Under the pieces are notes generated by a model. The model saw only the letters and a program-made list of their open reading frames with translations, ran no database searches and was not told the origin of the DNA. The translations under genes were made by a program, and so were the position numbers. Below are positions 30,076 to 47,899 of a stretch of DNA of 64,000 bases, piece by piece. Origin of the DNA: the human T2T-CHM13v2.0 reference genome, Homo sapiens; assembly GCF_009914755.1 (NCBI RefSeq), contig NC_060926.1, one strand, 5' to 3'. How positions within the stretch are numbered: position 1 is the first letter of the stretch; the number at the start of each line of letters is the position of its first letter.

Positions 30076-31601
30076 AAAACGTATTATAATGTATATAGTT
30101 ATATGTTTTAACTACATAACTGTATTATAATATGTACACAGATTATAACACTGTGTACATATTACACAGAATATAATTGTAGTGAGATGAATAGATGAAA
30201 AGTTGAATTTAGAGAACCTACCTGTCAGAACTCAGGCTGAATTCTTAGACATCTCTAGTGGTAAAAGACTTCAGATAGTTTCCAGCACCTCCATCCACGG
30301 CAGGCCTCTTTCAAAACATTAAGAAAACCAACATTTGGATTAACCAAAATTTAACATGTAATTATATTTTAGATGATTGCTACATTTAAAGTGAATTATA
30401 GACTATTAGTAGTAGTAACTGAAATGTAGAAATATAGATCACTATAATATAACTTGATCAATATTTCAGATGTAGCGGAATAAGGCAGATTCTGTTTAAA
30501 ATTCATTAAAATAACCATTTGAGTTGGAAGCAAAGGTGTAAAAATGGTTCTCTATGTCAAGGACATGCTTTTCATATCCCTGTAAGTCTCTATCTATCCT
30601 TTCCTCCTGCTGTATTTTTGCATTCCCTAGGAAACATACTTTCAAGAAGAATTTGACTTTGTATTCATTCTTACTACTATTAATTGGAAAACAATATCTT
30701 TTGTGTAGGAATTGTACTTTTATAATGCTTCATATGTTTCTAGACTTGTCTAAAAGTTGTGGCAAATGCCAGGCCATCCCTGTCATACCCCTCCCATGAC
30801 TAAATGCTCACAAATGCCATAAACTTAGCTGCACTCTTTTATAAGTTATTGAATGAGTGAATAAGAGGTACAACTTTCTCAAATGCCCCCATCTGAAACA
30901 GGAAAACATTCGGAGTAAGGATCATCCCTCTTACATAAAAACACTTAACCTAATGCCTAGAACATCCCTAATGCCTAGGGATTTGGTGGTGTCATTAGTA
31001 ATAGTAGCAGTCATGGAGAGGGTAGTGTTGGTAGTATAATTAGAAATGAGCTTCTACATCTCCTACAAGTTTTTCTTATAATTAGTAGTGGACTTGAACA
31101 GTCAATATAAGTAAATTCTCCTAAAGTTAAGTATTATGAAATGCTGGGAGAAAAGTTAACCTGTGGATTTCATAGGTATATCCTTAAGTCAATAATGGGG
31201 CCACAAATGGTCTCAAATGTTGCCAGGCAGTTTTTCACTGAGTGTATTTTCTCAAGCTGGGGGCATGTTTAATGGAATATGTAGTTAATTTAAAATGTCA
31301 CTGTCTCTAAGAGAAATGTAAGACTCTATTTCCCCAGAAGAGATACAAAAAAACTATAAAGTTTAGAAAACCTTAACCAATGATATTCTGCCAGTAACAA
31401 ACCCACGCAGATTTTTACTAAATTGACCTCTGTGTACTTAGAACATTGTCTGTGCTCTGATTAGAAATTTTGGTCAATGGAAAAACTGCCCTATTCTTTA
31501 AAATTTAAATATTCTGGGCTCCTCTTAAAACTTGGATTAGAACATGAAGTGCTTTCTTCTTTATATTTTGTACTGAGGCTCTGTATCTAGGATTCTAAGC
31601 C

Positions 31602-34345
31602 TTTTTTTTTTCACTTTTTATTTTTTTACTATACTTTTACTTTTTACTTTTTATTTTTTTACTATACTTTTACTTTTTACTTTTTATTTTTTTACTATAC
31701 TATACTGGGATACATGTGGAGAACATGCAGGTTTGTTAAATAGGCACACACGTGCCATGGTGGTTTGCTCACCCATCAACCCATCATCTACATTAGGTAT
31801 TTCTCCTAAGACTATCCCTCCCCTATGCTCCCACCCCCCAACAGGCCCTGGTGTGTGATGTTCCTCTCCCTGTGTCCATGTGTTCTCATTGTTCAACTGC
31901 CACTTATGAGTGAGAACATGCGGTATTTAGTTTTCTGTTCCTGTGTTAGTTTGCTGAGAATGATGGTTTCCAGCTTCATCCATGTCCCTGCAAAGTTCAT
32001 GAACTCATACTTTTTTATGGCTGCATAGTATTCCATGGTGCATGTGTGCCACATTTTCTTAATCCAGTCTATCCTTGATGGGCATTTGGATTGGTTCCAA
32101 GTCTTTGCTATTGTGAATAGTGCCGCAATAAACATACGTGTACATGTCTCTTCAGAGTAGCATGATTTATAATCCTTTGGGTATATACCCAGTAATGGGA
32201 TGGCTGGGTCAAATGGTATTTCTGGTTCTAGATCCTTGAGGAATCACCACACTGTCTTCCACAATGGCTGAACTAATTTATACTCCCACCAACAATGTAA
32301 AAGTATTCCTATTTCTCCACATCTTCTCCAGCATCTGTTGTTTCCTGACTTTTTAATGATTGCCATTCTAACTGGCATGAGATGGTATCTCATTGTGGTT
32401 TTGATTTGCATTTGTCTAATGATCAGTGATGATGAGCTTTTCTTCATATGTTTGTTGGCTGCATAAATGTCTTCTTTTGAGAAGTGTCTGTTCATATCCT
32501 TCACCCACTTTTTGATGGGGTTGTTTTTTACTTGTAAATTTGTTTAAGTTCCTTGTAGATTCTGGATATTAGCCCTTTGTCAGATGGATAGATTGCAAAA
32601 ATTTGTTCCCATTCTGTAGGTTGCCTGTTCACTCTGATGATAGTTTCTTTTGCTGTGCAGAAGCTCTTTAATTTAATTAGATCCCATTTGTCAATTTTGG
32701 CTTTTGTTGCCATTGCTTTTGGTGTTTTAGACATGAAGTCTTTGCCCATGCCTGTGAGCTGAATGGTATTGCCTAGGTGTTCTTCTAGGGTTTTTATGGT
32801 TTTAGGCATTATTTTTAAGTCTTTAATCCATCTTGAGTTAATTTTTGTAAAAAATATAAGGAAGGAGTCCAGTTTCAGTTTTCTGCGTGTGGCTAGCAAT
32901 TTTCCCAACACCATTTATTAAATAGGGAATCCTTTCCCCATTGCTTGTTTTTGTCAGGTCTGTCATAGATCAGATGGTTGTAGATGTGTGATGTTATTTC
33001 TGAGGTCTCTATTCTGTTCCATTGGTCTATATATCTGTTTTGGTACCAGTACCATGCTGTTTTTGTTACTGTAGCCTTGTAGTATAGTTTGAAGTCAGGT
33101 AGCATGATGCCCCCAGCTTTGTTCTTTTTGCTTAGGGCTGTCTTGGCTATATGGGCTCCTTTTTGGTTCCATATGAAATTTAAAGTAGCTTTTCCTAATT
33201 CTGTGAAGAAAGTCAATGGTAGCTTGATGGGGATAGCATTAAATCTATAAATTACTTTGGGCAGTATGGCCATTTTCACTATATTGATTCTTCCTATCCC
33301 TAAGCATGGAATGTTTTTCCATTTGTTTGTTTCCCCTCTTATTTCCTTGAGCAGTGGTTTGTAGTTCTCCTTGAAGAGGTCCTTCACATCCCTTGTAAGT
33401 TGGATTCCTAGGTATTTTATTCCCTTTGTAGCAATTGTGAATGGGAGTTCACTCATGATTTGGCTCTCTGTCTGTTACTGGTGTATAGGAATGCTTGTGA
33501 TTTTTGCACATTGATTTTGTATCTGGAGACTTTGCTGAATTTGCTTATCAGCTTAAGGGGATTTTGGGCTGAGACGATGGGGTTTTCTAAATATACAGTC
33601 ATATCATCTGCAAACAGAGATAATTTGACTTCCTGTCTTCTTAGTTCAATACCCTTTATTTTTTTCTCTTGCCTGATTGCCCTGGCCAGAACTTCCAATA
33701 CTATGTTAAATAGGAGTGGTGAGAGAGGGCATCCTTGTCTTGTGCCAGTTTTCAAAGGGAATGCTTCCAGCTTATGCCCATTCAGTGTGATATTAGCTGT
33801 GGGTTTGTCATAAATCGTTTTTATTATTTTGAGATACATTCCATCAATACCTAGTTTATTGAGACTTTTTAGCCTGAAGCAGTGTTGAATTTTATTAAAG
33901 GCCTTTTCTGCATCTGTTGAGATAATCATGTGGTTTTTGTCATTGGTTCCGTTTATGTGAAGGATTACATTAATTGATTTGCGTATGTTGAACCAGCCTT
34001 GCATCCCAGGGATGAAGCCAACTTGATCATGGTGGATAAGCTTTTTGATGTGCTGCTGGATTTGGTTTGCCAGTATTTTATTGAGGATTTTTGCATCGAT
34101 GTTCTTCAGGGATATTGGCCTGAAATTTTCTTCTTTGGTTGTGCCTCTGCCAGGCTTTGGTATCAGGATGATGCTGGCCTCATAACATGAGTTAGGGAGG
34201 ATTCCCTCTTTTTCTATTGTTTGGAATAGTTTCAGAAGGAATGGTATCAGCTCCTCTTTGTACCTCTGGTAGAGTTCGGCTGTGACTTTGTCTGGTCCTG
34301 GGCTTTTTTTTGGTTAGTAGGCTATTAATTACTGCCTCAATTTCA
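31602..34345 (-). mobile_element. 5'-truncated L1PA7/8-like LINE-1 (ORF2 3' part + 3'UTR), frameshifted
   Basis: Minus-strand ORF2 fragments in several frames (FADD RT motif, CWRRCGE...HCWW knuckle remnant), L1PA7-type 3'UTR, poly(T) at 31602; no clear TSD. Confidence 0.93.
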
Positions 34346-34432
34346 TAAAGACAGATATGAACTTTTTCTTATCACTTGCTTTTGTTTCCTAAACCATTGT
34401 TCATATTTAAATGAAATTCTGTGTTCCTTTTT

Positions 34433-37657
<3,225 letters not shown>

Positions 37658-38024
37658 AAGTATGAAGCTAAGGATGCTTATTCAAAGAATGGAACAAAAT
37701 ACTTAAGTTCTCCTTGCAAATATGAACCAAATCCATTTTAGTTTTTTGAAGTGAGAATTTCATTAGTTGAAAATGTTATATATAATGTGCAATTAAATAT
37801 ACAATTAATAATTAAAATATACAATTAAATAATTAAAAATATATGATATAAATATAGGTTAAATGAAGTTTAGCAGTTTCATAATTATCCCTTCTGAATA
37901 TTTTGAATGATAAAATTTGTTATTGGCAATACTTTATGAAGTGATTAAAGACACTGTAAGGAGAGACAACTATCTGATTTTTAGATGCAGTAGTTGCAGT
38001 TTGTTCTTTAAAAAGCAAAATATA

Positions 38025-38285
38025 AAAAAAAATTAGAATGAATGAATAAGGCCTAGTATTTGATAGTATGACAGAGTGACTATAGTCAATAATGATTTAA
38101 TTGTACATTTTAAAATAACTAAAGGATTACTGGATTGTTTGTAACGCAAAGGATAAATGTTTAAGGGGATGATACCCCACTTTCCATGATGGATTATTAT
38201 GCATTGTATGCCTAGGTCAGAACATCTCATGTATCCCATAAATATATACACCTACTAAGTACACACAAAAATACAAAATAAAAAA
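38025..38285 (+). mobile_element. L1MA 3' end fragment
   Basis: 'gtgactatagtcaataat...ggattgtttgtaac...catctcatgtatcccataaatatatacacc'. Confidence 0.8.
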
Positions 38286-38306
38286 TTACCTTAAGGGATA
38301 AAACAG

Positions 38307-38470
38307 GGCCAGTCATGGTGGCTCATGCCTATAATCTCAGCACTTTGAGAGGCTGCGTTGGGAGGATCGTTTCACCCTGGGAGTTTGAGACCAGCCTCAG
38401 CAACAAAGCAAGACCCCATCTCTACAAAAAAAATTTTAAAAATAAATAAAATTTTTTAAAAAATAAAATA
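38307..38470 (+). mobile_element. FLAM/AluJ left monomer
   Basis: 'ggccagtcatggtggctcatgcc...ggagtttgagaccagcc'. Confidence 0.8.
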
Positions 38471-41099
38471 AAAAGCAAATCAGCTTTAGTCTTACATATT
38501 TTTATTCTCTTATATACCTACCTGTGTTCTTATATTCTAATTTTTCTCAAGTGATTGTACCAAACATATTTCTTTAAATTTGTATTAAAAACAGTCTAAC
38601 CTAAACATTGTTCTCTGGATCTTTACTTCTACAACATTATCTTTTAGTTGTAAAGTTTACTCTGGAATAAATGTAGCGTGATTCACTTGACTAATATTAT
38701 ACTCTTTGCCATAAAAGTTGTTTCCAATTCTTCACTTCTAGAAACAGGAATGCATTGAGCCTGCTAGTACATCAACCTTTGTAAACAATCATGATTATGT
38801 TATCATTATAATTTCTATACGTGTACTCCCCAGCCAGATGATGTATTAAAGATATGAGGCTTTTGATTCATATGACCAGTTGCCCTGCAGAAAAGCAATT
38901 TTGCTCGTATCAGCAGTATATGGAAGAATCTGGGTGTCATCATTTTTTTTTCATTTTTGCCAGTGTTATAGGCTTAAAAAGGTTATTTTATTTTACTTTT
39001 AAAATCACTTCTGTGGTTAAACCTCTCCCAGCTGTTTGACTGTATGTTTTCTATTGTGAATGATCTGAGCATTTCCTTTATAAGGCTGAAAATTTCTAAA
39101 GTAAATATCACTTTTTGGAATTAAAATGTTACTCTACATTAAAGATCAAATTTCAGCCCTTGCTCACAGGGGAAAATAGATACTTTGCTTTCATTTAAAT
39201 GTTACCCTCTCTGAAGTACATGCTAATGAATACATTTGTGTCTTTCATTAAGTGTTCAGAAAAATGTTTAACTAAACATGAGGCAGAGGCAGAATTCAGA
39301 TTTATTTATGATAAAACTGCTTAATCTGGGTCAAGTCAATTAATCTTTCTAAAAATAATTTATTTTTGGTTTTTCATCAGAACCCCAGAAGCCAATATAC
39401 TTGACATACAGCAGTGCTGGCTGCTTTAGAGCATATTAGTACAAAGACTGGCATCACCATAAACACCTACTCTGCTTTTATAAGACTGAAAAGTGCTTGA
39501 AAATACAATTTCAGCTCCATGTGAATGTATGTATCCATACATACAATAGATGTATGGATGCGAAAGTCATCCATACATCTATTCCCTCCTTCCTTCATTC
39601 ATCATTTATTGGGTGCACTGTCTATGCCAGGTAATGTTCCAAATATTTGAGACATATCAGTGACAACAGACAGTATCTTATTTCTGTAGCTTACCTTTCT
39701 TTAGTGGAAATACTCTCATGAACAAAGTTTGAGCGATGAGGTAAATAAACGATAATAACGCAATAAGTGAATAAAGTTGCTGGAAAGATATCCAGTAGGA
39801 CAAACATAACACTACAAATTGTGGAAAGAGGAAACATGACTGGAAAGGCTAGTGTTTCAATACCCACTTGGTTTCTAGTGTTCATAAGAAAAGGTAACTA
39901 GCAACACTATCCAATGAAGGTATAAAAATTAAAGTGAAAATTAAAATAGAGATCAAATTGGAAACTGACTAATCAAGACTGATGGTTTTAAGTGGGCTGG
40001 GAATAAGCTAATCTGTCCTCTGCTGATCCAGGAACTAACTGGCATAATCCCCAGTCCCCAAACGCTTCAGAATTGTCTTGAAAGAATTGTGAGAGCCTGA
40101 AAAGGTTTCAGCTTGGAATTCCTTAAAAGTAAAACAAGGGGGTACCAATGAATTGGAGAACATTTAGCATGTTTTCAAAATTTGGAATAAATTATCATAG
40201 CACCCAAATTGAAGGAAAAATGAGTTCCATTAGAATTTTTTTATTTTCAGCTTTAATAAATAAGTAGATGTCAGGTAAATGATCTCAGTGCTTTCTCTGT
40301 ACCCAGAAAGGCCAGAGGGAAATCTTAGGTGCCCAGTCCTCTCACTTGAGGCTAATAGTACCACCTTATCAAAGATTGAAGAATATATTTGTTAATATAA
40401 ACAGTATTCACAAAAATGTCAGTGAAACTTAACAGATTGGCGGTTTTAGTAGTGACTTTAATGATAAAAGTCTCGGAAATGCTGACAAAGTTAAACAGGC
40501 TTCTTAAATACGGGATTGCTCACAACCATTAGTGCATGTTTTGTACGTTTCCAGGCTTCAAGAATCTTCAGGATGTAATAAATGCAGCATTTCCCAAACT
40601 CATTTGATCACAGAAACTTTGAGTACAGACTATCTCATAGGTCTCATCCTTTGAGGAATGTCCTTAGCAAAGAAGATGTGAGTTTGCTTGTGAGATTTAA
40701 AGGTGATGTGCAACAGCCAGAGTAGGGTGAGGAAGGATTGCCAACAAGCTGGGACACGTGGAGCAATGCTGTGAAGTGGGGTGTAACCTGAGAGAGAATC
40801 TCCAGGGCAGAGAAGTGTCCACAGCCACTAAGCAAGTAGGAATTAACTGCAGAGCAGCAAGAATGAACAGGGCTGTAATCAACTAAGCATACATTAACCA
40901 TGGACGGTGATGATAGAATGTAACTGACAGCACTGCAATATGCCTCCAAAAGAATGGCAAAAGAATGGTAAAGATAACCTCTGATGTTACTGATTATCTG
41001 TGGCCAGAAACCTTTGACTCTCTTTTACATATGGTAAAAAGATCAAGCCCTAATATTTAAGCTTCAGTGCCTATTAATCTAGAATATGAAGATTAAAAA

Positions 41100-41705
41100 G
41101 AGGAAAAGCATTAGTAGTAACTGTAATCTTCATAGCTATATGTCAGGCATAGTTTTTTTGCACAGCAATTCCATCGCCATTTTACAGATGGGGCAATCAG
41201 GGCTTAAAGATGTTGACTTATATAAGATATCTCAGCTAGTAAATGGTGGGGCCAGGATTTGAACTCAGGCACATTTAACTTTGATGGTTGGGCTTCAGAC
41301 CATTATGGCTGTTTCAAATAAGGCTTGTCAGTTTCCCAGTCTTAACTCAAAAACAGACGACCTATTCTCTCTCCACTCTTTTTTAAATTCTGTCTTTCAT
41401 TCAGGACCCATTCAAATCTTGCCTTCTCTAGGGGACTGTCATTTTTTTTTTCCAGCTCCTTTTCTGAATTCCTAAAGCAGTAACTATTGGTTATTCAACT
41501 TCACAAGTAATTAAGAAAATTGAGATACTATATCTTAGCACAGAATGGCATACTCCTTTGATATTCTTTTGAGTGAGCATTTTTTTTCCCATTCCAATCA
41601 GGTTATAAGCTTCTACAGGTGATACTGTATACTTCTTGGGCACCTCCCTTCACCACTTAGCATGTGTAGGTGCCCACTAAATCCAAGATGAATGAGTGAA
41701 TGAAT
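41100..41705. mobile_element. MIR (~41100-41300) and L2 3' end (~41550-41705)
   Basis: 'ccattttacagatgggg...ccaggatttgaactcagg'; '...gatgaatgagtgaatgaat'. Confidence 0.6.
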
Positions 41706-43649
41706 AGTGTTGGAGCAATCTGGCTGCAATCTCAGAAACCCCGTGGACCACGATGATTGATTTGGCTCATCTTACTATCTGGGCAGGTTCCCTTTTCCTA
41801 CATCAAAAGATTGAATAAATAAAAGTAGAAACAAATGATTAAATGACAAGTGAATAAAAGTGCAAATTAATGGTTTGTTTGAGTAGGAAAATAGAATGAG
41901 GATAAAGGTAGCCCAGAACATAGCACCATACGCTCATATTCACTTACCTGGTTTTGTCCACTTAAAAGGAAAGTGTTTGGGAAAGGCTGATAAAAATGAA
42001 CGTATTTAAGGAAGGAACCAAACACAGGAAATAAAGAAGGTCAAAGGCTTCAATTTCATTAAATAAAGAAGAATGAAAGCAGTTGTTTAAAACTTGAAGA
42101 AAAGGGCTGTGTGCTTTATTTCCTATTTGGAGGAATCTATGAATAAATTAGGCAATCACTTGACATAATTGGTTTAGGTCATGTGAATTCACTTGCACCA
42201 CAAGAGAGGGTAAATTAGATCAAATTGTTTGTGGCCCCTCCTAGTCTTCTGTTCATTACAGGCATTCTTTTTTCCTTTTGTATTCCTCTGTATCTTCCTT
42301 TTAGGTTTTTTGGTTGTTTTTTAATCTCAAGAAGTATGTGTTTTTATTTATATTATTTTAATGTATAAGATGTTTTTCCTTTTGGTTGCAGAACAGAGTA
42401 GAAGATAATATTCCTGTAATAAAAAAATTTGTGTGCTTCTTATTTATTAATCCCATTTTGATTTTTTCATAAAACTGTTTGCACAAAAATAACGTAGTCT
42501 GTACATAAACACAGTGCCATGGGAATTATATTCAAAACATGCTTGAACTGCTTGCTTTTACCTGAAGCAACATGAAATTGAATTACATTAGTATAGAGCA
42601 ATTTGGTTGCATGTCACTTGTGGCAAATATTGTGTAAGCTGAATATTTAGAGATTTTGTTCACCTTGGGTCACACAGTATTAGTTGTCACGAAAAATACC
42701 CCAAGGTGATACCAAAAAAAAAAAAAAATCCTGACTCAAAGAAGACAATTGACTCAAAATAAATTGAGAATATTCCATTCCAAATGGTTTAAACACTTGG
42801 TACAGACCCAATGTAGCTTCATAATTTATGCAAATTTTTATCTGCAAAGCAATTTTTGTATTTAGGTTTAATCAAAGAGCTTAATAATGCAAGTACAATC
42901 TATTTACTGTCACCTCATATGCTAAGACAACTGAGAAACATTAAAAGGCCCTACGTTCGCATGACCCAGTTTGTACAGTAGCCAGCATAACTTCTTGATG
43001 TTGATGGATATGTGAGTTAACTCTAAAATGGGCTAAATTAACTAACCCATTAGATATCTAAATGTGTATCCCTTTAAAAAATAGTACTTACTTAAAGGGC
43101 TTATCCGTGACCAAGCTATAATTTAGAGATGTTGTTATATTGAAAATGTGGTCACAAAGTCATTTAAGGGCAAGAATTTCTAAAGGCGGCTCAGTCTAAT
43201 TGTCCACCCCACTGGGAAAACTGATGATATGCTTCGTCATTAATGGATTGGGAATATCATATCTGTAAAAGAAGTTAATAGCCTTAAATTGTTGTTTAAT
43301 ATGTTATTACCATGCACTTTTCTAGGTGTGTTTTAGAAGGTTCATTTTAAAAATAAAATGCTGGTGTGTAAGAGAAATACTTGGAGAAGCTTATTTCAAT
43401 GAAAAGAGAAAAATTTGTTTAAGTTGGAGAAGATATTTACTATGGATAATATATGTAAAACCAAGAAGTGATCCTAAGAGTTCACTTTGGATTACATTGT
43501 TCTTTTTTTTTTTTAATTCAGCAACATCCTGTAAAGTTACTTGATTTGGAAATGCCAACATTCTTAAAATAGGATTAAGAGACACTGCTTTAATAATCGC
43601 TCCCTATTATCCACATGTTCTTTGTCATTCAAGAGAATAAAGGAATAAT

Positions 43650-44780
43650 TAGAAAATACTTGACAAAAGATTAACATCCTTAACATATGAAGAGCTCTTA
43701 TAAATTATGGGAAAACAAATATTTCAATTCGGAATTGGAAAAGTATATGACAATTCACAAAGGGCAAAAGAAATTTATTTGGGACATAAATATGAAATAT
43801 ATTCAACCTCACAAGTAATTAAGAAAATTGAGATATTATATTGGCAAACATTGGCAAATGCTGAAATATATATGTTCCAGTGGTACAGAACATGCTTGTT
43901 GGCCATTTAAATGAATGCTGCTTTCTGTAAGGCAGAGTGGTAATTATATAGGCACCTTAACACTATTTTCATCTTCTACCCAGTAATTCTATTTCTAAAA
44001 ATTATCCTACCAAAAAAATAAAAGACTTGACCAAGATGGAATATAAAAATTTTCCCTATAGTTAATTTTGAAGCAATAAGAGAATTAGTGAAATTATATA
44101 ATATTAATCTAATCTATATAATACACTATTATGCAACTAATAGAAATCTTCAGAATGCTTCATGAAATAAAAAATGTTAATGGTAAAATGCCAGTTAAAA
44201 AAAGCAGAGTATACAATTATAGTAGTGTGTATGTGTGTGTGTATGTATATATATAATCATGTACGATGTAGTAACATTTCAGTCAACTGCAGACTGCATA
44301 TTAGTCCCATGAGCTTATAACAGTCTATGTTTACTATATCTTTTCTATGTTTAGATTTGTTTAGAAACACAGATACTTACCATTAGGTTGAAATTGCCTA
44401 TAGTATTCACTATAGTAACGTGCTCTATGGGTTAACAGCATAGGTACCATAGGCTAGGCCATATAGCCTAGGTGTGTAGCAGGCTAAACCATCGAGGTTT
44501 GTGGAAGTACATGTTATGATGTTCACACAATGATGAAACTGCCTAGCAATGCATTTCTCAGAACCTATCTCAGTCATCTAGTGACGCATGGCTTATAAAT
44601 CAAAGAAGAAAGTTTGGCAAAATGTTAATATTGACTTTCTCTTAGTGGAAGTTACGTGTATAATTTTTACTTTATTTTTTATATGTTTCTGTATATTTCA
44701 AATCTTTACCACAAATATGTATTACACATATAATAAAATCAATTGGCAGTATAAAACTAATTTTAAAATAGAATAAAAAA
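43650..44780 (+). mobile_element. Old L1ME-type fragment interrupted by Tigger3a
   Basis: 'atccttaacatatgaagagctcttata...ttcaacctcac...cccagtaattctatttcta'. Confidence 0.6.
44253..44595 (+). mobile_element. Tigger3a-like
   Basis: 'aacatttcagtcaactgcagactgcata...gcatttctcagaacctatc...gtgacgcatg', ~345 bp. Confidence 0.8.
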
Positions 44781-44974
44781 GCAGAAGCCTGTTCATGGTA
44801 AAAAGAAATGCAGATATTTAACTACAAAAAGGACAAAAGGGGTATGAAGTATGTTTAATGCTTACTTCGTATCATTGAGGACTTATCACCTGGAAAGACA
44901 AATAAGAATATTTATGGGGCAGAATGATGACATGTTTGTTAAGAGGTTTTAGGTCAACACAGAACAGTACTCTT

Positions 44975-45470
44975 TATCAGTTAAAATAGCATTAGCTACG
45001 AGCACATTCCACTGCAATGCTCAGGGATCCGTACCAAACTGTTGTCGTAAGCAGGAGTTCATTTGTCTTATGTAATGTGAAGCCTGAATAAGGCCAATCC
45101 AGGGTCTCCATGAAGGTACCAGAGGCCTAGGCTCCTTCTCCTCTTCACTCTGCCACTCTTGACTTTCTGGCTCTCGCACCCATATTTGTCACTGTGGAGT
45201 GTACAGATGGCTTCTATGTCTTCAGCAATCACATCCATGTTTCAGGCAAAAAAAAAAGTAACAGAAGGCAAAAGGGTACGCCAACATTCTTCCCTAATTC
45301 AGGAAATCCAGTATCAGCTAAGAAGTGCTGTCCAGCAAACTTCTACTCTTATTCATTGGCCAGGACTATCACATGTCACATACTGTCTAGCCAGAAAGTA
45401 GCTAGGGAAAACAGGGTTGTAGGTGGCATTGGATCAGTCAAGCTACATGTCTGCCATAGCCACCCAGTGT
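44975..45470. mobile_element. MLT1 (J/K-like) LTR
   Basis: 'aggcctaggctccttc...cagcaatcacatccatgtttcagg...tcattggccaggact...tcacat'. Confidence 0.6.
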
Positions 45471-45743
45471 GTCTGTAAGTTTCTGGTCACTGCATGTGTG
45501 CAGAAGTGCACAGACAGCCTCATTAGTTAGGCAGAATTTCTGAGTTGCTTTAGATCTTAGTCCTGAGAGACTATTATTTTAATTTTGTTTTGACAGAATT
45601 GTAGAATAAGTAGAAAAATGATAAGAGAGCAATGTCCTGATTCTCTGTCCACTGCCAAAGTCAAGCTTGGCCAATTATATTTAAGCTGGAACAGAGGATA
45701 AGAAGTGAGAGTTGCTTGAGAGAATCATAGTACCATCTTCAAA

Positions 45744-45860
45744 CAGAGAAGCTAGTGAAGGAACAAGATGCAGGAAGGAGACACCCAGAGAGAAGAATAA
45801 CCAGAGAAGCTAGTGAAGGAACAAGATGCAGGAAGGAGACACCCAGAGAGAAAAATATAA
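45744..45860 (+). repeat. 58-bp-period tandem duplication
   Basis: 51 bp identical at 45744-45794 and 45802-45852. Confidence 0.95.
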
Positions 45861-45907
45861 CAACAAATTACTATTTTTTCTTAATGTCTCTAACCTACTG
45901 GTTTTAA

Positions 45908-46438
<531 letters not shown>

Positions 46439-46991
46439 TAAATTGTTGAAGCAATTCTTCTGATCGAAACAGGCAAGGGTTTTATTTTTCTTATGAGTCA
46501 CTATAGGCACAAGGCCTAGAGCCTATAAGCTTTACAAAAACCTACTGAAGTATGTGAGATATGAACAAAATTATTGGCTGTAATGTATGAACATAAATCC
46601 AAGTGTGAAATTAATAAATGTTTATCCCTGAAATGGAAGCTTATGCCAATTTTAGTAATTATTACACTTAGAATTTATTATTTTAAAAAATATCAATTGC
46701 AAAAAGGTTACACTTTTGGTTTTTTTACAACTCAAAAGAATTTCTAAGTATGCAGAGAGATTGCTAAAAAAATCAGTCAATCTATAATTAACTCATAGGC
46801 AAATAATTGTAAATAGATTTTGTAAATCTCTTTCAAATTTTTACAGCAAAAATTTTATTTAATGTAGGAGGGGGATGGGGAGGAAGAGAGAGTAGCAGGA
46901 GAGAACACACTATGGGTACAGCCCATTGCTTTTACCTTTTCCCTCCCTTTATTATTTGCCTCTGAGATGTCCAAAGAAATCTCTGGTCTTA

Positions 46992-47318
<327 letters not shown>

Positions 47319-47899
47319 TGCTGCCTGTGAGGTCACTCTGGACTCTGGGTCTAGCCACTGTCTGTTTGTCCAGTTAATGTTTTCTATTAGCTCAACTTTG
47401 TTCGAGATTCTTAATATAACTCAATACTTTCCAAAAAGCTAGCAGATATTTAATATGTATGTGTAATCGCCTTTTCTGCAGAAAGGAGCGTGATTTAAGT
47501 GAGCTCATCTAATAGATCAGTATAAAATACCAGATGAGTTCACTAGAGTGTGTGAAGAACTTTGTGCATCCCATTTAAGTGAATGGTTGTGTGCTCTGAA
47601 ATGAAGAGACAGCACATAAACCCCCAAAGTTAATAACCTCTAATAAACAATGAATCTGGATGACAACTTTTCAAAATCTATTACACAGTAGTAGCCCTGG
47701 TTTTGCACAGTTTGCATATTAAACAGATGATAGTAGATTCTGGGCAGAAATATAGACAGTATTATGTACTTCAATTCGTGCCAGAAGAGAAATTTTTTGA
47801 TAGCACTTATTGTAGCCAAGAACAGAAGCAGCTATACAATCCCCAGCCAGAAACCAGGTGCCAAAATTAATTCCTGCAAGAATAAAATGGGTTGGCACC

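Noticed and set aside
31684-34190. Cluster of ORFs resembling a gene
   Set aside because: Frameshifted fragments of one L1 ORF2 and their antisense shadows.
42660-42709. 10-bp inverted repeat tcaccttggg/cccaaggtga
   Set aside because: Short with a 30-nt spacer and no TSD; plausible by chance in 64 kb.
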